Positions 48,057 through 57,525 of a DNA stretch of 64,000 nucleotides are shown here, piece after piece. A program made the translations under genes and the position numbers. Source of the DNA: Rhodothermales bacterium (GTDB taxonomy: Bacteria > Bacteroidota > Rhodothermia > Rhodothermales > VXPQ01); NCBI GenBank assembly GCA_965116435.1, contig OZ220686.1, positions 1,082,844 through 1,146,843 on the forward strand, given 5' to 3'. The notes below the pieces were generated by a model, which was not told the origin of the DNA, searched no databases, and saw only the letters and a list, made by a program, of their open reading frames with translations. Numbering within the stretch: the first letter of the stretch is position 1; every line of letters begins with the position of its first letter.

Positions 48057-49721
48057 ATGTCCATGCACAGAAAACTTGTTTGGGTTATCCTTGCCGCGGC
48101 GGCAGGATTGGCGTTCGCGCACCCGCTCTTGTTCCCTGCGTCCCCCCGGACGACAGGCCCGGCTTTCTCCCAAGCCGACGATCCGCACTTGTTTGCGACC
48201 GGCGCCGCCTGCATCAGTTGTCACAGCAACCTGATCGCCCCTTCCGGCGAGGACATCTCGATGGGCACGGACTGGCGGGCGTCCATGATGGCCAATTCGG
48301 CCCGCGACCCGTACTGGCAAGCCGCCGTGCGGCGAGAAACCATGGATCACCCGGAGTCGGCGGACCACATCGAAGACGAATGCGCCGCCTGTCATATGCC
48401 CATGTCTCGCTTCGAGGCACAGGCGGCGAACCGGCTCGGCCAGGTTTTTGCGCACCTGCCGGTCGGGAAGGAAACGCATCGCACCGACCGCCTGGCCGCC
48501 GACGGCGTTTCCTGCACCGTATGTCACCAGATCGCCGCCGAAAACCTGGGCGCCCCGGAAAGTTTCACTGCCGGCTTCGCGATCGATACGGAAACGCCCA
48601 TGGAGCAACGCATCCTTTTTGGGCCCTACGATGTGGACGCCGGACGCAGCACGGTGATGCACTCCGCATCGGGATTCCGGCAAGTGGAATCGCGCCATAT
48701 CCAAACGTCTGAAGTCTGCGCAACCTGTCATACCCTGTTTACCGAAGCCCTGGGCCCTTCGGGAGAGGTCGTGGGCACGCTGCCCGAGCAGGTCCCGTAC
48801 CTGGAATGGCTGCATAGCGCGTACCGCGAAGAAGAGAGCTGCCAGTCCTGCCACATGCCCGTCGTGCAGGATACCGCCGCCATCTCGTCCGTACTGGGCG
48901 CAAAGCGAACCGGCGTTTCCCGGCATGTATTCCAGGGAGGCAATTTCTTTATGCTGCGGATGCTGAACCGGTACCGCGACGACCTGGGCGTGGAAGCGCT
49001 CCCCGAAGAACTGGACGCCGCGGCCCGGCACACCGAACGCCATCTGCAAACGAGCGCAGCGCGCATCGCGATCGCAAGCACGGAATGGGAAGGGCATACG
49101 CTGCGCGTCGAGGTGCGCGTCGAAAACCTGGCGGGACACAAACTGCCGACCGGGTATCCTTCGCGCAGAAGCTGGATTCGTTTTGCGGTGCTCGACCGAA
49201 ACGGAACGCCCGTTTTCGAATCCGGCGCCCTGCAACCCACCGGCGAAATCACAGGAAACGACAACGACCGCGATCCGACCCGCTACGAACCCCATTACCG
49301 GCGCATCTCGCAGCACGATCAGGTGCAGATTTACGAATCCGTACTGGTTGACACGGAAGATCAGGTCACGACGGGGCTTTTGCAGGGGGTGCGGTACGTC
49401 AAGGACAATCGACTGCTCCCGCGCGGCTTCGACAAAACGACCGCCTCCGAAGACATTGCGGTGCATGGACATGCCCGAACCGACGACGATTTCGCCGAAG
49501 GAGGCGACGCCGTCCGGTACCTCGTCGAGGTTGGCGAACGCCCGGGGCCTTTTACCGTGCAGGCAGCGCTCTGGTATCAACCTGTCGGCTACCGATGGGC
49601 CCGGAATCTTGGAGACTACGCGGCCCCTGAAACCGATCGGTTCGTGGCATTCTACGACGCCATGTCGGACATATCCGGCCTGCCCCTCGCGACAGCAGAA
49701 CGCACGGTATCTGCCCCGTGA
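48057..49721 (+). CDS. Periplasmic pentahaem c-type cytochrome
   Basis: Start at MSMHRKLVWVILAAAAGLAFA (48057). The listed ORF start 47817 overlaps the previous gene. Five CxxCH motifs are present: CISCH, CAACH, CTVCH, CATCH, CQSCH. The conserved HKLPTGYPSRRSW block is also present. Confidence 0.8.
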   Translation: MSMHRKLVWVILAAAAGLAFAHPLLFPASPRTTGPAFSQADDPHLFATGAACISCHSNLIAPSGEDISMGTDWRASMMANSARDPYWQAAVRRETMDHPESADHIEDECAACHMPMSRFEAQAANRLGQVFAHLPVGKETHRTDRLAADGVSCTVCHQIAAENLGAPESFTAGFAIDTETPMEQRILFGPYDVDAGRSTVMHSASGFRQVESRHIQTSEVCATCHTLFTEALGPSGEVVGTLPEQVPYLEWLHSAYREEESCQSCHMPVVQDTAAISSVLGAKRTGVSRHVFQGGNFFMLRMLNRYRDDLGVEALPEELDAAARHTERHLQTSAARIAIASTEWEGHTLRVEVRVENLAGHKLPTGYPSRRSWIRFAVLDRNGTPVFESGALQPTGEITGNDNDRDPTRYEPHYRRISQHDQVQIYESVLVDTEDQVTTGLLQGVRYVKDNRLLPRGFDKTTASEDIAVHGHARTDDDFAEGGDAVRYLVEVGERPGPFTVQAALWYQPVGYRWARNLGDYAAPETDRFVAFYDAMSDISGLPLATAERTVSAP

Positions 49722-49797
49722 AATTTCTTCCGCGCACAGGAGCGCCAACCGCCGCGCCGCCCCGTCCATTTCCGGCGGCGCCGCAAACAAACCAACG

Positions 49798-50742
49798 CTA
49801 CGCCGAATCCCGCGCCGTGGCGATCAAGTGGTCGACGTGATGCGCTTCGCGACAGCGGCTTGCGCTGGTTTCCAGCTGCACCGTAATGTGATGGATGTCG
49901 AACTCGTCGTATGCGATATCCCGAATCTTGTTCAGCAGGGATTCGTGGCCGCCGTCCGTTTCGTAGCCCGGCTCCACCAGCAAGTGCGCCGTCAGGGCCA
50001 CGTACCCGGGCGCCAGCGACCAGCAGTGGACATCGTGGATCACGGTCACCCCTTCGAGTTCCTCGATCTTGTAGCAGAGGGCGTAGAGATCGATGTGTTC
50101 CGGCGTACCTTCAAGGAGTGCATCAACCACATTGGACAACAGGCGCCAGGTGCTCATCAGGATCAGAACGCCGATCAGCATGGCCACGACCGGGTCGGCC
50201 CTATGCCAGTCAAACGCCCAGACCAGCACGGCGGCGACAACCACAGCCACAGACCCCATCAGGTCGGTGACCATATGCTGGAAGACGCCTTCCAGCCGGG
50301 CGTTCTGCCGAGACGAAGCGTGCAGCGTCCACACGGCGACAATGTTTACGACCATTCCGATCGAACCCACGATCAGGAAAAGCGGACTGTCTACTTCCAG
50401 CGCGGCCGAAAAGCGGCGGTAGGCCTCAATGAATACCCAGACAGAGACGCCCCAGAGCGCCAGCGCATTGACAAGCGCAGCGATGATCTCCATGCGGTGG
50501 AAACCGTACGTATGTTCCGCCGTGGACCGACCCGAAAAACGCATGGCAATCAGGGCGAGCGCAAGGAACGCTGCATCCGTGAGCATATGACCGGCGTGGG
50601 CGAGCAAGGCCAGGCTGCCGGCGAGAACGCCGGCGACCGCCTCGACGATCATATACCCGCCGATCAGAATCAGGGCCGCTACGACGCCGGACCGCCCTGC
50701 CGAGCGAGAATCGGAGGAAGCGCTGATGTTCGCTGATGTCAT
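49798..50742 (-). CDS. Cation diffusion facilitator (CzcD/ZitB-like) metal exporter
   Basis: Six TM segments with the CDF signatures LALLAHAGHMLTDA, YGFHRMEIIAAL and HMVTDLMGS. A C-terminal cytoplasmic domain follows. Confidence 0.9.
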   Translation of the reverse strand: MTSANISASSDSRSAGRSGVVAALILIGGYMIVEAVAGVLAGSLALLAHAGHMLTDAAFLALALIAMRFSGRSTAEHTYGFHRMEIIAALVNALALWGVSVWVFIEAYRRFSAALEVDSPLFLIVGSIGMVVNIVAVWTLHASSRQNARLEGVFQHMVTDLMGSVAVVVAAVLVWAFDWHRADPVVAMLIGVLILMSTWRLLSNVVDALLEGTPEHIDLYALCYKIEELEGVTVIHDVHCWSLAPGYVALTAHLLVEPGYETDGGHESLLNKIRDIAYDEFDIHHITVQLETSASRCREAHHVDHLIATARDSA

Positions 50743-50959
50743 CTTTGCAGACGGTGGAAATCAAGGATAGTGGCGGGGGCGTCCTGGCGTGCGCTCCCCG
50801 GTTTTTGGGGAAGACAGCACCGTTCGCGCATCCGTATGGATGGCCATGAATGGTGCATGGATGATCCAATACATGGCCCGCCGTACAACATAAAGAATAC
50901 GGACTCTCTTGCACAATGAAAAATACAGCGTACTCTGTCGTAACGTCAGTCGTTCTCCT

Positions 50960-50988
50960 TTGACATTCCCCGATTTCCGCCGTATTAT
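50960..50988 (+). promoter_or_regulatory. Sigma-70-consensus-like promoter candidate (TTGACA-17 nt-TATTAT) ~200 nt upstream of the RND operon
   Basis: TTGACA at 50960-50965, a 17-nt spacer, and TATTAT at 50983-50988. Whether this organism uses this consensus is unknown. Confidence 0.3.
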
Positions 50989-51186
50989 GGGGCACTCCCC
51001 TGAAAAACAGATACGGCGGCAGGCGCCTTTGCCTTGCGCGAAAAAGGATGGATTCTGTCGGCGCATCCGTGTTCCAGGCGCGGAACGCCTTGGGCTGGCT
51101 GGAGAACCCCAAGATCGTAATCCGGCGGCTTACATCCCGCTAAAACCTGCCCGGCCTACGCGAACCGCTTCTATAGTCACGCCAGG

Positions 51187-52488
51187 ATGCCTCGTTACGG
51201 AAGATTCATGCGAAAGAGCAGGAGACAGACGCGTGTGCGCGCTATTCCGGCGCTGGCCCTTTGTGGTCTCCTCCTCGCTCCTGCAGGCGCGTTCGGACAG
51301 CAACTCAGCCAGGAAACAGCGCAGCGGGTTTCGCTTGCCGAAGCGCTGGAAGCATTCGCCAGGAATAGCCTCGCATTACGGATCGCCCGGTCCGAAACCG
51401 CCGAACTGACCGGGGCGGCCCGGCAATCGCGGACCTATTCCAATCCGGCGTTCTCGTTCGGACGGGACGACCTCAGCCACCAGAACGAAAAAATATGGGA
51501 AGAGACGTTCCATATTAGCCAACAAGTGGAATGGCCAGGACGAACCGCTGCCCGGGGTCGAATCGCCACGCACGCCATCGGCGCCGGCGCCGCTCGTTTC
51601 CGCGCCGACTCCACCGAACTGGCTTTCGAGGTTCGCGAGGCCTACGCGCAAACCTGGCTCGCCGAAGAGACGGAATCGATCGCGCGACAAACGGCCGCCA
51701 TCATACAGGAGGTAGCCGAAGATGCGGAAAATCGCCTCGAGTCGGGCGACATTTCGGCCTACGACGCCCGGCGGCTTCGCATTGAGCGAGCGACGGCCAG
51801 CATGGACGTGGAGGAAGCAGAACTTCGCGCCCGCGACGCCCGCAGGATGCTTGCCGCCCTGATCGCCCCCGGGACGGGAACGGATGAAATCGGACCCTCC
51901 GAAGCCCTCGACGGCATCCCTCCCGTGATAGCCCGGGAGGCTGCGATGCACGCGCTTTCGCAACGACCGGACGTCGAAGCCGCCATGCGGGAACTGCATG
52001 CAGCGAGCGCAGGCGTTCAGGTCGCCCAGACCTATTGGGTACCCGAGCCGACCCTTGGCGTGGGGTACCGACACCACGACGATGGATTCGGCGGCGCCAG
52101 CATTGCGCTGGACCTTCCGTTGCCGCTTTTCGACCGGGGCGCGGGCGCCCGGCAAGAGGCGACCGCGCAACATTCCGCCGCCGCGTATCGCCTGGACCTG
52201 ACCAGTCAGCTGGCCGAATACGACCTGCTGACTGCTTCGGATCGCTATGGCTCCGCGCGAGCGCGCCTTGAATCGATGGGACCGAACCTCCGGGCCGATA
52301 GCGAGGCCCTGCTTGCATCCGCAACCACGGCCTACGCCGAAAACGAAATGACGCTGCTGGACATCCTCGATGCAGCCAATACGTTTAAGAGCGCCCAACT
52401 GAGCGTGCTCTCCCTGACGTCCGAGGCCTGGATATCGTACTACAACCTGCTTCGCGCCATGGGAAGCGCTCCAGAGAACGAACGATGA
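51187..52488 (+). CDS. TolC-family outer-membrane factor of a heavy-metal RND system (CzcC-like)
   Basis: A signal peptide is followed by two OEP-type repeats. It is the first gene of a three-gene operon with overlapping stop/start codons. Confidence 0.8.
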   Translation: MPRYGRFMRKSRRQTRVRAIPALALCGLLLAPAGAFGQQLSQETAQRVSLAEALEAFARNSLALRIARSETAELTGAARQSRTYSNPAFSFGRDDLSHQNEKIWEETFHISQQVEWPGRTAARGRIATHAIGAGAARFRADSTELAFEVREAYAQTWLAEETESIARQTAAIIQEVAEDAENRLESGDISAYDARRLRIERATASMDVEEAELRARDARRMLAALIAPGTGTDEIGPSEALDGIPPVIAREAAMHALSQRPDVEAAMRELHAASAGVQVAQTYWVPEPTLGVGYRHHDDGFGGASIALDLPLPLFDRGAGARQEATAQHSAAAYRLDLTSQLAEYDLLTASDRYGSARARLESMGPNLRADSEALLASATTAYAENEMTLLDILDAANTFKSAQLSVLSLTSEAWISYYNLLRAMGSAPENER

Positions 52489-54191
52489 ACAGGAAATTTG
52501 CCATGTTGTTGTCGGGGGGCGTGGCGCTCCTCGGGCTGTGTGGGCTTTGGGGTTGCGGAAACGCGCCCGAAGAGGACGCGGCCCTCGCCGAAACGCACGA
52601 TAGCCACATGGGCGGAGGATCGTTCACGCAGACGGTGGACGGTATGGAGATATTCGTCGAATATCCGCACCAGATCCAAGGCGTGGAGAGCGAAGAACCC
52701 TGGACGATGTACCTGACCCGGCTGGATACCTGGCGACCGGTTGCGGGCGCAAGCGTAACGCTGGTGGCGTATGAATCGCCTGAATCACGCCGGGAAATCA
52801 AGGCCCGGGCCGAGGCTCCGGGCATGTACGTGGCGGCGCCCATGTTGCCGTCGGCAGGACATTGGCGCGCCGGGCTTGCGCTGTCGGTCGACGGACGCGA
52901 TCACTGGATCGAGGCGGGCGAGTTCGAGGTCTTCGCAAGCGAAGAGGACGTCCACGCCCATGCCGGGCACGATCATGCAGAGCACGAAACCGACGCCCAT
53001 GCCGGACATGATCATGCAGAGGACGAGGACGACGCACATGCCGGACACGATCATGCGGAGGATGAAGCCGACGCTGATGCCGGACACGACCATGCAGAGG
53101 ACGAGGCCGACGCCCATGCCGGGCATGATCATGCGGAGGACACTATAGCGGCGGAGATCACCGAATTGATCACGCTGCCCAAACGGGAGCAATGGACGCT
53201 GCCCTTCGCCGTCGCCGAGGCGGAAGCGCGCGGAATACCGGCCTCGATCCCGGCAGCGGGAGAGCTCGTGGCGCCTCCCAGCGGTCTCGTCCACGTCTCG
53301 TCGCCCGTAGCCGGGCTCGTTAAAGTGCATAACCCCGCGGTCGGACCGGGCGACTATGTCCGCGCCGGACAGATCCTGGCGCAGATCGCTCCCGTCAGCC
53401 TGGACAATTCATACGCCCGTACGCGGGCGGACGTCACAGGGGCGCAACTTGAGGCGGACAGAGCGGAACGCCTCTTCGCCGCCGGCGCCATCCCGGAACG
53501 CCGACTGCTGGATGCGCAACGAAACCTTGAGGTGGCCGTAGCCGCTTTCGAAGCGATCGGCGGGTCGCTGGACACGATCGGCGAGGATAATCCCGACGCC
53601 AACGTGTATTATCTTCGCAGCCCCATTAACGGCGTGGTCGCGGTGCGCGACGTGGCGCTGGGCGCCCAGGTCGAGATCGGAACACATGCATTCACCATCG
53701 TGAACGCATCCACGCTCTGGTTCGTCGCACGGGTTCCGGCCCGCTACGCCGCCGAGACAAACAGGATTCGGGGCGCATGGTTCACCGTCGAAGGCGGAGA
53801 GGACACCTACGCTTCAGACCGGTTGCTTTCCACAGGCAGCATGATTGATCCGGGGAGCCGCACGCTCCCGGTTCGATTCGCCATTCGGAACCCCGGCGAT
53901 GCGCTCAAGGTGGGCATGCTGGCCGAGGGCCGTATCCTGCTGGGCGATCCGGTGCAGGGCGTCGCGGTTCCGAATTCGGCGATCCAGGAAGAGAACAATC
54001 TGCCGGTGATCTACGCCATGCTCGCCGGGGACACCTTCGAGCGCCGCGTCGTCGAAACAGGTCCGTCGGACGGGTCCTGGACGATCGTGTCCGGCGTGGA
54101 CGCGGGCGAGCGGGTCGTGACCGAAGGCGCCTACCAGGTGAGCCTTGCCGCACTGGGAACCGTCGAGCCGGCGCATGACCATGCCCACTAA
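52485..54191 (+). CDS. RND periplasmic adaptor (CzcB/CusB-like) with a His/Asp/Glu-rich repeat insert
   Basis: The HlyD/MFP-like C-terminal two thirds include VSSPVAGLV and RSPINGVVAVRDV. The N-terminal part carries the metal-binding-looking repeat. Confidence 0.85.
   Translation: MNRKFAMLLSGGVALLGLCGLWGCGNAPEEDAALAETHDSHMGGGSFTQTVDGMEIFVEYPHQIQGVESEEPWTMYLTRLDTWRPVAGASVTLVAYESPESRREIKARAEAPGMYVAAPMLPSAGHWRAGLALSVDGRDHWIEAGEFEVFASEEDVHAHAGHDHAEHETDAHAGHDHAEDEDDAHAGHDHAEDEADADAGHDHAEDEADAHAGHDHAEDTIAAEITELITLPKREQWTLPFAVAEAEARGIPASIPAAGELVAPPSGLVHVSSPVAGLVKVHNPAVGPGDYVRAGQILAQIAPVSLDNSYARTRADVTGAQLEADRAERLFAAGAIPERRLLDAQRNLEVAVAAFEAIGGSLDTIGEDNPDANVYYLRSPINGVVAVRDVALGAQVEIGTHAFTIVNASTLWFVARVPARYAAETNRIRGAWFTVEGGEDTYASDRLLSTGSMIDPGSRTLPVRFAIRNPGDALKVGMLAEGRILLGDPVQGVAVPNSAIQEENNLPVIYAMLAGDTFERRVVETGPSDGSWTIVSGVDAGERVVTEGAYQVSLAALGTVEPAHDHAH
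52956..53141 (+). repeat. 39-bp in-frame tandem repeat x ~4.8 encoding AHAGHDHAE(D/H)E(x)D
   Basis: The protein segment reads AHAGHDHAEHETDAHAGHDHAEDEDDAHAGHDHAEDEADADAGHDHAEDEADAHAGHDHAED. Confidence 0.9.
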
Positions 54192-57100
54192 CGACGGAGC
54201 CAATATCAACAAATCCCGGCAGCGGGGCGTCCTCGACTATGTGGTGGACGTATCCCTCAAAAACCCCTTCCTCGCGCTCCTCTTCGCGATGACGCTGTTT
54301 GTGGTCGGGTGCTGGGTGGCGGCCACCTTTCCTGTCGATGTCTTTCCCGACCTGACCGCGCCCACGGTCGCCGTGGTGACGGACGCCCACGGACTGGCCC
54401 CGGAAGACGTGGAAGCGTCCATCACCTTCCCGGTTGAAACGGCGTTGAACGGCGCGCTCGGCGTCCGCCGGGTGCGCTCGAAATCCGCCCAGGGCATCAG
54501 CGTCGTCTGGGCCGATTTCGAATGGGGAACCGACATCTATCTGGCGAGACAGATCGTAAGCGCCCGGCTCCAGACGCAGGCGCTGGACTTTCCGGAAGGA
54601 GTAAGCCCGCCGGTTCTCGCCCCCATCAGTTCCATCATGGGCGAGATCATGCTGGTCGGCCTTGTCGCTCCCGAATCGCAGCTCATGGAGGCGCGCACTA
54701 CGGCGGACTGGATCGTACGGCGGCGGTTGCTGGCCGTGCCAGGGGTGTCGCAGGTAATAACGCAGGGCGGCGACGTGCGCGAATACCAGGTTCTGATCGA
54801 TCCGCAGCGGCTGCTGGCGTACCAGGTGGGCCTGGACGACGTACTCGGCGCCATCGAAGGATCCAGCGAAAACGTAGCGGGAGGCGTCTACTGGTCGGGC
54901 GGCCGCGAAATCCTGATTCGAGGCATGGTGCGTCCCGCAAGCGTGGAGGATATCGGGATAACCGTGGTGGCGACCCGCAACGGCATTCCGGTGCTGATCG
55001 ACGATGTGGCCGAGGTCCGCATCGGTCCCAGAATCACCTACGGGACCGGGTCGGTAAACGGGGAACCGGGCGTCATCCTGTCGATCCAGAAACAGGCAGG
55101 CGCCAACACGCTGGAACTCACGCGCAGGATCAATGCGGAACTGGACGAAATCGCGGCGGAATTGCCCGATGGAATCACCATGGAGCGGAATATCTTCCGG
55201 CAGGCCGATTTTATTTCGCTGGCGGTGGAGAATGTAATCCACGCCTTGCGCGACGGCGCCTTCTTTGTGATCGCCATCCTGCTGCTGTTCCTGTGGAACG
55301 TGCGCACCACGCTCATTTCCGTAGTGGCTATCCCCCTGTCGCTGGCGTTGGCGATCATTGTGATGCGCGCGCTCGGAGGCACGGTGAACACCATGACGCT
55401 GGGCGGCATGGCGATCGCAATCGGCGCCCTCGTGGACGACGCCATCATATTTGTCGAAAATGTGTATCGACGGCTGCGCGACAACCTCCGGCGACCGCCC
55501 GGCGAACGCCTTGCGACCCTCCCGCTCATTCGGGAGGCCGCGAGCGAAATCAGGGATCCGATCCTGAACGCCACGCTGATTATCACCATCGTATTCGTTC
55601 CCCTCTTCTTTCTGACAGGGATCGAAGGCCGCATGCTCAAACCGCTGGGATACGCCTACATCATCAGTATCCTGTCGTCGCTTGTCGTCGCGGTGACGAT
55701 AACCCCGGCGCTCTCCTACCTCTTGCTGCCGTCGGACCGTTCGATCCAGCGAAGACGCGAACCCTGGCTGCTGCGGGGACTTGAATTCCTGTACGAGCGC
55801 ATCCTGATACAGGCGCTGCGCCGTTCAGGAACTGTTCTGATCGCGGCCGCGCTCCTGCTGGTCGGCGTGCTGGCGCTGATCCCGACGCTGGGCCGGGAGT
55901 TTCTGCCCGAGTTTCAGGAGGGATCGTTGACGATCGCCATCATCAGCGTACCGGGGACTTCCCTTGAGGAATCCAACGAAATCGGCAATCGGGTGGAGCG
56001 TCGTTTACTGGGGGTGCCGGGGGTCCTGACGACGGCCAGGCGCACGGGGCGCGCCGAGCTGGACGAAGAGGCGCAAGGCGTCAACGTCTCGCACGTCGAA
56101 GCCCAGCTGGACCTGAGCGGTCGCGAAATCGCCGAGGTCATGGCCGAAGTCCGTGCAGAGCTGGCGGGCATTGCGGGAACCAGCATCACCGTAGGACAGC
56201 CGATCGGCCACCGGATCGACCATATGCTGTCCGGTACGCGCGCCGCCATCGCCATCAGCCTTTTTGGACCCGATCTCCGTGAGTTACGGGGCATTGCAGG
56301 GCAAATTGAGCAGGTCGCCCTGGGCGTCGAAGGCCTGGTGGACATCTCGGTCGAGCAACAGGCGGAGGTGCCCCAGTTACAGGTTCGCGCGAACCGGCGT
56401 GCCATGGCCCGCTACGGCGTAAGCCCCGGGGCGCTGGCCAGCGCAGTGCACATCGCCATGCAGGGGGAAGCGGTGTCCATCGTGCGCGAGGGAGAGCGAA
56501 CCTTCGATCTTGTGGTGCGCTATGCAGACAAGTACCGGGCCAACCCGGAGGCCATTGGCGACGCGCTGATGGCGACCCCCGCTGGCCCCACGGTGCCGCT
56601 GTCGCAACTTGGCTCCATCGTGCAGGCGCGCGGACCAAACATGATTACGAGGGAGAATGTGTCGAGGAAGATCGTAGTCAGCGCCAACGTGGCCGGGCGC
56701 GACGTGATCGGGGCGGTCACAGAACTTCAGGACCAAATCGCCGGATCGCTGGATCTTCCCCCGGAATACCACATTGAGTACGGCGGACAGTTCGAAAGCG
56801 GGCAGAGGGCTACTCGCCGGATCACCATCCTGTCGCTCTTCTCGATCGCCGCCATCTTCATGATCATGTTCCGCGCTTTCGGCAGTTTCAGCACGGCCGC
56901 CTTTCTCATGGTGAATCTCCCGCTGGCCTTGACTGGCGGGGTGCTCGCCGTGCTGCTCATAGGCGGAACGGTAAATGTTGCGACGCTGGTCGGATTCATT
57001 ACGTTGTTCGGCATCGCAGTTCGGAACGGGATGCTTCTGGTGAGCCGATATCAGGACTTGTGTGCAGAAGGGACGTCGCTTCCAGACGCCATCCGGCGCG

Positions 57101-57330
57101 GCTCGGTAGAGCGCCTGAGCCCAATCCTGATGACGGCGTTAACCGCCGGACTCGCGCTGATTCCCCTCGCGCTCGGCATCGGCGAGCCCGGAAAGGAGAT
57201 CCAGGCGCCGCTCGCCGTGGTGGTGCTGGGCGGTTTGATAACGTCTACCCTGCTCAATATGGTGGTCGTACCGGCCCTGTTTGTGCGCTGGGGCAACATC
57301 CCGGTGGGAGAACCTGCGAACAAGGAGTAA
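54175..57330 (+). CDS. Heavy-metal-efflux RND permease (CzcA/CusA family)
   Basis: About 1050 aa with the 12-TM RND architecture. The start ATGACCATG overlaps the end of the adaptor gene. HME-type blocks include VVTDAHGLAPEDVE and DDAIIFVENVYRRL. Confidence 0.9.
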   Translation: MTMPTNDGANINKSRQRGVLDYVVDVSLKNPFLALLFAMTLFVVGCWVAATFPVDVFPDLTAPTVAVVTDAHGLAPEDVEASITFPVETALNGALGVRRVRSKSAQGISVVWADFEWGTDIYLARQIVSARLQTQALDFPEGVSPPVLAPISSIMGEIMLVGLVAPESQLMEARTTADWIVRRRLLAVPGVSQVITQGGDVREYQVLIDPQRLLAYQVGLDDVLGAIEGSSENVAGGVYWSGGREILIRGMVRPASVEDIGITVVATRNGIPVLIDDVAEVRIGPRITYGTGSVNGEPGVILSIQKQAGANTLELTRRINAELDEIAAELPDGITMERNIFRQADFISLAVENVIHALRDGAFFVIAILLLFLWNVRTTLISVVAIPLSLALAIIVMRALGGTVNTMTLGGMAIAIGALVDDAIIFVENVYRRLRDNLRRPPGERLATLPLIREAASEIRDPILNATLIITIVFVPLFFLTGIEGRMLKPLGYAYIISILSSLVVAVTITPALSYLLLPSDRSIQRRREPWLLRGLEFLYERILIQALRRSGTVLIAAALLLVGVLALIPTLGREFLPEFQEGSLTIAIISVPGTSLEESNEIGNRVERRLLGVPGVLTTARRTGRAELDEEAQGVNVSHVEAQLDLSGREIAEVMAEVRAELAGIAGTSITVGQPIGHRIDHMLSGTRAAIAISLFGPDLRELRGIAGQIEQVALGVEGLVDISVEQQAEVPQLQVRANRRAMARYGVSPGALASAVHIAMQGEAVSIVREGERTFDLVVRYADKYRANPEAIGDALMATPAGPTVPLSQLGSIVQARGPNMITRENVSRKIVVSANVAGRDVIGAVTELQDQIAGSLDLPPEYHIEYGGQFESGQRATRRITILSLFSIAAIFMIMFRAFGSFSTAAFLMVNLPLALTGGVLAVLLIGGTVNVATLVGFITLFGIAVRNGMLLVSRYQDLCAEGTSLPDAIRRGSVERLSPILMTALTAGLALIPLALGIGEPGKEIQAPLAVVVLGGLITSTLLNMVVVPALFVRWGNIPVGEPANKE

Positions 57331-57405
57331 TCCAGCGCGCAAAAGGGCCTTTTTTCGGGCCGATCACCGCGCTCGCCCCGAAACGCTTCCTGGAAACCTG
57401 CTTCA

Positions 57406-57525
57406 GGATGCTCTGATTAAGCCCGCTAAGATCAGAGGCAGCAAAGGGTGCGCTGGCAAGGAATGACGAAGCAGGTAGTGTGGCGGCCCCGCGTAATGAG
57501 GAATGACGCAGCCAGGGCGCTTCAC
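57406..57525 (-). mobile_element. Truncated and internally deleted MITE copy abutting feoB
   Basis: GGATGCTCTGATTAAGCCCGCTAAGATCAGAGGCAGCAAAGGGTGCGCTGGCAAGGAATGACGAAGCAGG... aligns to the 3'-terminal ~105 nt of the element, then jumps to ..GGCGCTTCAC. The feoB stop (TGA, 57522-57524) lies in that GTGAAGCGC-derived segment. Confidence 0.7.
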
